Source: an uncultured delta proteobacterium (lineage in GTDB: Bacteria; Myxococcota_A; Polyangia; Polyangiales; Polyangiaceae). Taken from it: a stretch of DNA of 64,000 nt. A program made the position numbers and the translations under genes. How positions within the stretch are numbered: the stretch's first letter is position 1; the number at the start of each line of letters is the position of its first letter. The notes below the pieces were generated by a model, which had not been told where the DNA came from, ran no database searches, and worked only from the letters and a program-made list of their open reading frames with translations. The stretch spans positions 224,001 through 288,000 of the forward strand of contig CAWDXG010000004.1 of assembly GCA_963806225.1 (NCBI GenBank), written 5' to 3'. Shown in pieces: positions 58,373 through 64,000 of the stretch.

Positions 58373-58686
58373 CGCGGCAGCACAGGACTGTGAATCGGCG
58401 CGATCTCCAGCATCATGGCGGGCGCGATCACATTCGGCAGCGTCCCGACGAACACATCCGGCGCGCTCGATCCGGGTTCGTCGAGCTCGACAGCGCCAAC
58501 CGGGTCGCGCTTTTCCACGCCGCCCTCGTCCGGCGCGCCGTGAACGCGGCGAGCGCGATGACGGCTTGAACCCCGAGGTCTGCCCGACTCCGGCGGATAC
58601 CGTGGCCTGGAGGTCACCAAGGGCCGATCAGTCTGGGCCGCTTCGACACCTGCGCGCTCGCTGGCGGAGGCTCGGGCGTCCGGCGG

Positions 58687-58764
58687 GCTCTCGCTCCGTG
58701 AAAATGCGAAGAGGCCCCGTGAGGGGCCTCGAGCAGACTCAGCTCCAGCGGTTGGACTCGAACC
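58687..58764 (+). repeat. ~77-bp direct repeat B (left): hairpin terminator plus tRNA-Asn 3' end (minus strand)
   Basis: gctctcgctccgtgaaaatgcgaagaggccccgtgaggggcctcgagcagact..gctccagcggttggactcgaacc. Confidence 0.92.
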
Positions 58765-58768
58765 TGTT

Positions 58769-58836
58769 GTTGCCCCCACCGTTCCGTGCTCGGCCCTCTG
58801 GGCCTGCGCGCGTCCTGCCTCCCCCAAGCGTCGGGC
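58769..58836 (+). repeat. R element copy 3
   Basis: Same left end GTTGCCCCCACCG. Confidence 0.9.
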
Positions 58837-59160
58837 TCGGCGCCGTGCTCGCTCGTGCTCGGCCCGCGCCATGGTCCGGACATGTCACAGCGCCCGTCGT
58901 CACTGCGGGCCTGCGCGCGAGCGTGCGCGCGGCCGCCTCGCGCGCCGCGGAGGGAGGCCGGCGCTTCACGGCGTGCGGACGCTCGCGTCGCGATGACGTT
59001 CGACCTCCACGGCCCGGTCGCGGCCGGGCTCCGCCGGGCGGCGCACGCCGCGCGCCACGCCCCGCACTCCACGGCGCTTCTGCCCACGTGGGCGTGTCAC
59101 GCATCCAGCGCCAGCGGGGCTTGCAGCCCGGCCGCTCAACGCCCGGGCCGAGGAGGTCTC

Positions 59161-59514
59161 ATGCATCATCGCTCCAGCGTCCCGCCGCACATGGCGCTTC
59201 ACGCGCGTCAGCTCCGCTCGCACCTCACCGACACCGAGCAGCTGCTCTGGGCCGGACTTCGCGGCGGGCGGCTCGGCGTGTACTTCCGCCGTCGGGTACC
59301 CATCGGTCGCTTCATCGTGGACTTCCTCGCGCCCTCCGCCCGCCTCGTCGTGGAAGTCGACGGCGGCTATCACGCGTCGCGCCGCACCGCGGACGCGCGC
59401 CGGGACGAGAAGCTCGCGCGCCTGGGCTACCGCATCCTCCGCATCGACGCGGAGCTCGTCCGCCGCGCGCCTGCAGAAGCGCTCGTGCTCGTGCAACGCG
59501 CTCTCGCTCCGTGA
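59161..59514 (+). CDS. DUF559 (Vsr-like PD-(D/E)xK) endonuclease copy 2, intact
   Basis: GGAGG RBS; ARQLR..LTDTEQLLW..LR...FRR..PIGRFIVDF....LVVEVDGGYH...DARRD..L...GYRILR. Confidence 0.9.
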   Translation: MHHRSSVPPHMALHARQLRSHLTDTEQLLWAGLRGGRLGVYFRRRVPIGRFIVDFLAPSARLVVEVDGGYHASRRTADARRDEKLARLGYRILRIDAELVRRAPAEALVLVQRALAP

Positions 59515-59576
59515 AAATGCGAAGAGGCCCCGTGAGGGGCCTCGAGCAGACTTGCTCCAGCGGTTGGACTCGAACC
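59500..59576 (+). repeat. ~77-bp direct repeat B (right)
   Basis: Copy of 58687-58764; contains the DUF559 stop codon. Confidence 0.92.
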
Positions 59577-59625
59577 GGCGGCACCAGAGCCGCCCACCGA
59601 CTCGCCCTGGTCTGTAGACCGCACG

Positions 59626-59693
59626 GCCCCGACACATGAGGCCTGGGTCCGGCCGCAAGCGTGAGAACGCTTTGCGGACGAACAGACTTGCTC
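59626..59693 (+). repeat. 68-bp direct repeat A (right)
   Basis: Copy of 55662-55729. Confidence 0.9.
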
Positions 59694-59965
59694 GGGTAGC
59701 GCCTTGCTTGGACGAACCCCCTGCGAGAGCCCGTTTTTAATGCACGAGATGATGTCACCTCGGGACTTCAGCTTTCTCGGGTGCTTGGACTGAGAGCCGA
59801 TAGAGGCACGGGCAGGCGTGCGACCGCGGGCGCTGTGCGGCCCGTGGTGGCCGGGTTAGCCGACAGAGGCAGCGAGGGCCCGACTTCGGTGTGGCCCGGG
59901 CACGCGGGCGAACGTGTGCCGCCGTCGCCGCTCGGCACGTCGGGCGGCGAAAAGGCTCAACGCCG

Positions 59966-60256
59966 GTGAGCCTCGCCCTGGGCGATCACAGGCTACAGGT
60001 CGCCGCCGGCGACGGCGCCGAGCGTGCCAGCGTGGAGATGGAGCTGGACGTACACGGCGACATCGTCCGCAGCGTCGCGATGCGCCCACACCGTGAGAAC
60101 GGTACCGTGGTCGAACGCCGTTGGGTCGCCGAGCTCTCGCGCCACGACCGGCTCGGCCCGATCCGCATTCCCACCCACGGCGAGCTCCGCTGGGAGTTGC
60201 CGAGCGGGCACTTCGTGTACCTCCGCGGCAACGTCGAATCGATCGAGTTCGACTAG
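59966..60256 (+). pseudogene. C-terminal fragment of a DUF6544-like protein
   Basis: GDIVRSVAMRP...W......IRIPTHGELRWELPSGHFVY pattern; N-terminal half absent. Confidence 0.5.
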
Positions 60257-60285
60257 AGCGCGACGGAACGCGATACGCTGCGCGC

Positions 60286-61371
60286 GTGGCGGAAGCGGGC
60301 GACGAATACGTTATCGAACAGTTCTCGCTGGACGCGTCGGACTACGGCGCCCTCGCGCGCTTGATCGAGACCGCATTCGTCGACGACGCGACGGAAGCAG
60401 GCGGCACTATTGCCTTCACAGAGAGCACCTTCTCGCTCATGTTCGGATCGCCCGCGATGCCGGGCGATCTGTTCGTCCGCGCGGTGCACCGCCCCAGCGG
60501 CGACGTGGTCGGCTTCCTCGGCGGCATCCCGCGCGACGTGTCGTGCCAGGGTCGCGTCTATCGGCTCGGGGTTCCGGCGTGGGCCGCGGTGCACCACGCC
60601 CACCAGCGCCGGCAGCTGTCGCAACGCATGGGCTCGAGGCTGCTGGAGCTGGCGCGCGATCGGGGTTTCGATGGCGGGTTCGCGTTCTTCGAGCCGGAGG
60701 CCCACGGCATCGACATGGCTCGTTCCGTGGCTCGCGAGGCGGGCCTGTCGATGCGCGAGATCGCGCGCATACGGCGTTTCCTGATCCGCGTGTTCGACGT
60801 GGACAGGGCGGGCGGCGTGGTGAAGCTCCGCTGGTTCGAGCGGCTGGGCCTGAAGCTCCTGGCCGGCACGCCGCGCCCACGGAGCCCGCGCGTGCGCCGC
60901 TTCCGTCCGGAGGACGCCGAGCGGCTGTTCGAGCTCTGCGCCGATCACGTCGAGCACAACCAGCTCGCCGTCGTGCGCGACCATGACGACTTCCTGTACT
61001 ACCTCGGCCATCCGGACGTGCTTGCGGTCGTGCACGAGGACGCCGACGGCACGGTGGACGGCTTCATGGCCGCCTGGAAGATGCAGCTGGCGGGTTTCGG
61101 TCGATCGGTGCCCTTCGGTTGGCTCGATCTCGTGCACACCTACCGGCTGCCGCGACGGGAAGCGCGCGATCTGGCGCGCCGGCTCTGCACTGAAGCGAAA
61201 GCTGCCGGCTGGGCAGGCCTGCAGATGCCGTTCATCCCGTATTTCGACCCGCGCCCATTCATCCGGGCCCGTTTCGCCTACTTCCCGAAGGAGCTCATTG
61301 TCTCGCTCTTCGATTTCACCGGGATGGCACTTCCCGAACGGGTGGATTCGTTCTACTTCGACTGGCGCTGA
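60286..61371 (+). CDS. tandem-GNAT acyltransferase, N-myristoyltransferase-like
   Basis: VVGFLGGIP...[12 protein letters not shown] GNAT motif A; second GNAT domain VRRFRPED...[10 protein letters not shown]; collinear with eukaryotic NMT by eye. Confidence 0.8.
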   Translation: [361 protein letters not shown]

Positions 61372-61386
61372 AGGGAGGAGCTTGGC

Positions 61387-63364
61387 ATGGTCGAGGGGCC
61401 CACGGAGGAGTGGCTGGCGCGCGACGCCAGAAGGAGGCGGCGCTTCCGCCGCTGGGCGCTGTTCGGCGCGCTGGCACTGATTGTGGGGGCCCTGGCGGCA
61501 GCCAGCTCGTTCATGGTCGCCCAGGCCCACCGGGCCGCCATCGCCTGCTCCAACCGCTTCTACGATCATCCGTCCGCGGAAACCTCGTGCCGCGCAGCCC
61601 ATGCGTGGCTGCTCATCCCGCGGCTGGTACCGTGGCAGCGCAAGGCGGCGCTGGCCGAGCTCGGGAGAGTGGAGTGGAACGAGGCGTTGCGCGCTCTCGA
61701 CTACAGCACCAGCGTTGCTCCCGACGAAAAGCGGTTGCATCGAGCAGCGCGGTCGCTGGCCGCACTCCACAAGAACGAACCCACGTGGAAAAGTGGTCGG
61801 AAACCGTCGGTCCTGTTCGAGCTTCGCAACGTTGGCGCGAACGCGGAAATCATCCGCTACGCCGCGCTGGCTCGCGACATATCCAGCCGGCGCCAGGTGC
61901 TCCGGGCCATGCTGACGCGCGGCGATCTCCGCGGCCGCCGCCGCCTTCGCGGAGAAGACCGACGGAGTCGACGACACCAACTACGCGGCGAGAAGGCTGC
62001 ACCTCGAGGGCGGCGCCGTGCTCTGCCTCACCGGGAAGACGAAGGCCGGCCTGGCCGCGCTCGGGCGCGCCGAGACGATCCACCACCACTTCCACACCTT
62101 CCCGTTTCGCGAGGCGCGCCTCGCGCGCGCGGCGTGCGGCGAACAGGTCGATCCCGATCCCTCTGCGCTGGACGCGTCGGACCTCTGCTCCTTCCAGCTC
62201 GGCGGAAAGCTCTCGGGGCGGCGCCTCGAAGATCGCGTCCTGGGTCGGGCACAGGCCCACCGGATACCGCCGGGTGCTGCCGTGCCTTTCGTCGCCGAAG
62301 CTATCGCCGAGCGCGAGCACACGGTTCGCGAGCTGCTGGAGCTGACCGCTGCGCTCCTTCCCGGCTTTCCCGGCAGGTCGGTGCTGAGCCCGTGGCTCGC
62401 GGAGGAGCTTTCCTCCATCGGCGCTCCGGATCCCTCCCGCGACGAGAAGGCAGCCGAGCAACTCGAAAGCGCCGCTGCCAGTACGCAGCCCCGGGTCGAT
62501 GGGGGCGGCGCGTCGCCCGCTGCCCCGACGCTGCCCGACGACGATCTCGATGCCGGAGTCCAGCGCCGCGCCTACAAGCTGCGCGGGAGCCCGTCGACTT
62601 CGCTGAAGTGGGCAGCCTGGGGATTCTGGATCGAGGCCACGCGCATCCGCGGCTACCAGCGCCAGGGGAAACAGGCCCTCGCCGATGCGCGCCACGCGCT
62701 CGCGCTGCGCCCGGGCGCCGACACGCTCGCCCGCGTCGTGCCTGCGTTGATGCGCAGCGGGCAGCTGACAGCCACCCAATCCCTGTTGTCCGCATCGCAC
62801 GACACGGCCAAGCCCCTCGATCGCGCTGTCCTCGACCTGGCCCGCACCCTGATCGCCATGCACGAAAGACGCTGGCACGATGCCCGGGCGATCGCGCACA
62901 AGCTCCAGACGTTGGCATCGCTCGGCAATGCAGCGCGGTACCTGGAGCTCGCAGCGGCAGTGCTCGCGAAGGACGGCGCGCCGCTGCCGCGGCTGCAGGT
63001 GCCGCATGAGTCCGGAGATCCGCGTGTCCTGTGGGGCGACGTCTTCAATGCCACCACCGACCAGCGTGCGAGCGCCCGCTACCACATGCGCACGCTCAGC
63101 CTGTCGACGGAGGCCCGGCCTGCCGAGCTCCTGGTCCTCGGCCGCGCCGTCCAGAAGGGCAGCGTCGAGGTGTGGCTGGATCGCGAGCTATGGGGTGGCC
63201 CCGCCTACGGCAACTTCCTGCTCGCCATGCGCGCCCGGGCGGAAGCCGCCCGCTGGCGCGGCGACGCCGGAAGCGCGCAGCTCTGGAACCAGCGAGCCGC
63301 CCGCGTCGAAAAGCTCCTTCACAACCCCCGCCGACGTCTGCTCGCGAAGATTGCCGGGCTGTAG
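61387..63364 (+). CDS. large membrane-anchored helical (TPR-like) protein, +1 frameshift near 61930
   Basis: GGAG RBS and N-terminal TM; removing one C at 61929-61930 joins it to the frame of ORF 62018-63364. Confidence 0.65.
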
Positions 63365-63368
63365 GGCG

Positions 63369-63710
63369 CTACATCGTCATCCGGATCCACGCCATGTAGC
63401 CGGCGTAGCCGAGCAGGGCGAGCAGCGCGATGCAGCCGATGACGACGAGCTTCAGGTGTCGGCGCGCGCCCATCGCCTTCATCGAACGATCGAGATCGAT
63501 GTCCAGATCCAGCTCGGGGGGCGGCGCCTCGGGCTCGAGCGCCGGCACGGGATCGGCGTCGGGACCGGAAATGCGCTGGACCACCGAGTGGCTGCCGGTC
63601 GATGGCGTGTGCAGATCGCTGGCCGCGATGCTGCTCGCCGTGGCGCTCGCGACCTCGTACTCGTTCGCGATCTCGACGCGCTGTTCGAGGGCCAGGAAGT
63701 CCAACCCCAT
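63369..63710 (-). CDS. hypothetical protein with C-terminal TM helix
   Basis: MGLDFLALEQR...; the start codon and TACACT -10 box lie inside repeat copy 3. Confidence 0.6.
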   Translation of the reverse strand: MGLDFLALEQRVEIANEYEVASATASSIAASDLHTPSTGSHSVVQRISGPDADPVPALEPEAPPPELDLDIDLDRSMKAMGARRHLKLVVIGCIALLALLGYAGYMAWIRMTM

Positions 63711-63859
63711 TCCCGAAGTGTACGCCTGGCCGCACAGCCGGGACAGTGGAGCGGGGGTCAACGGCGCAGATCGGCGCGGACAGGCTGGTGGAAGGGCGTA
63801 ACCACCGGGAATCAGTGGACACAACGCCCAGACTGCGAAGTCGTCCCCGGGCTATGCTG
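63688..63859. repeat. ~170-bp dispersed repeat, copy 3
   Basis: Near-identical to copy 2. Confidence 0.95.
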
Positions 63860-64000
63860 GTCGCGGCCTTCGCGGGCTGCACGCTTGCAATGCTGCGCCT
63901 TTGCCGGGGCCGCCCCTCACAGCGGCTCGCTGCCGGGTGCAGGCCGCTCCGGCATCGCGTTCGCCCGATGGAAGGCGCGATCGAAGTCGCCGAGGGCCAC

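Overview
High-GC bacterial chromosome segment. MYXO-CTERM-type tails, Gly-linker lipoproteins, Cys-rich repeat proteins, eukaryote-like Ser/Thr kinases and a PEGA protein point to Myxococcota (inference). Positions 1-50.5 kb are ordinary myxobacterial backbone: peptidases, kup, a POT transporter, a FadL-like porin, ald, tRNA-Asp, a TetR/radical-SAM/SCP2-E1 operon, a TerB-phosphatase fusion, arsenosugar-type glycosyltransferases and a candidate sigma54-driven sRNA. From tRNA-Val (50561) onward is a decayed accessory island. It holds integrase and IS66 remnants, four LuxR-HTH genes and three copies of a ~170-bp structured repeat. It also holds a damaged tRNA-Asn with extra tRNA 3'-end copies around two DUF559 nuclease genes, and GGDEF cargo. 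The most striking items are a gene at 60286-61371 that looks collinear with eukaryotic N-myristoyltransferase, the tRNA-Asn/DUF559 mini-element architecture and the 170-bp repeat. Three +1 frameshifts are probably sequencing errors. All family calls come from motif recognition by eye; no searches were run.
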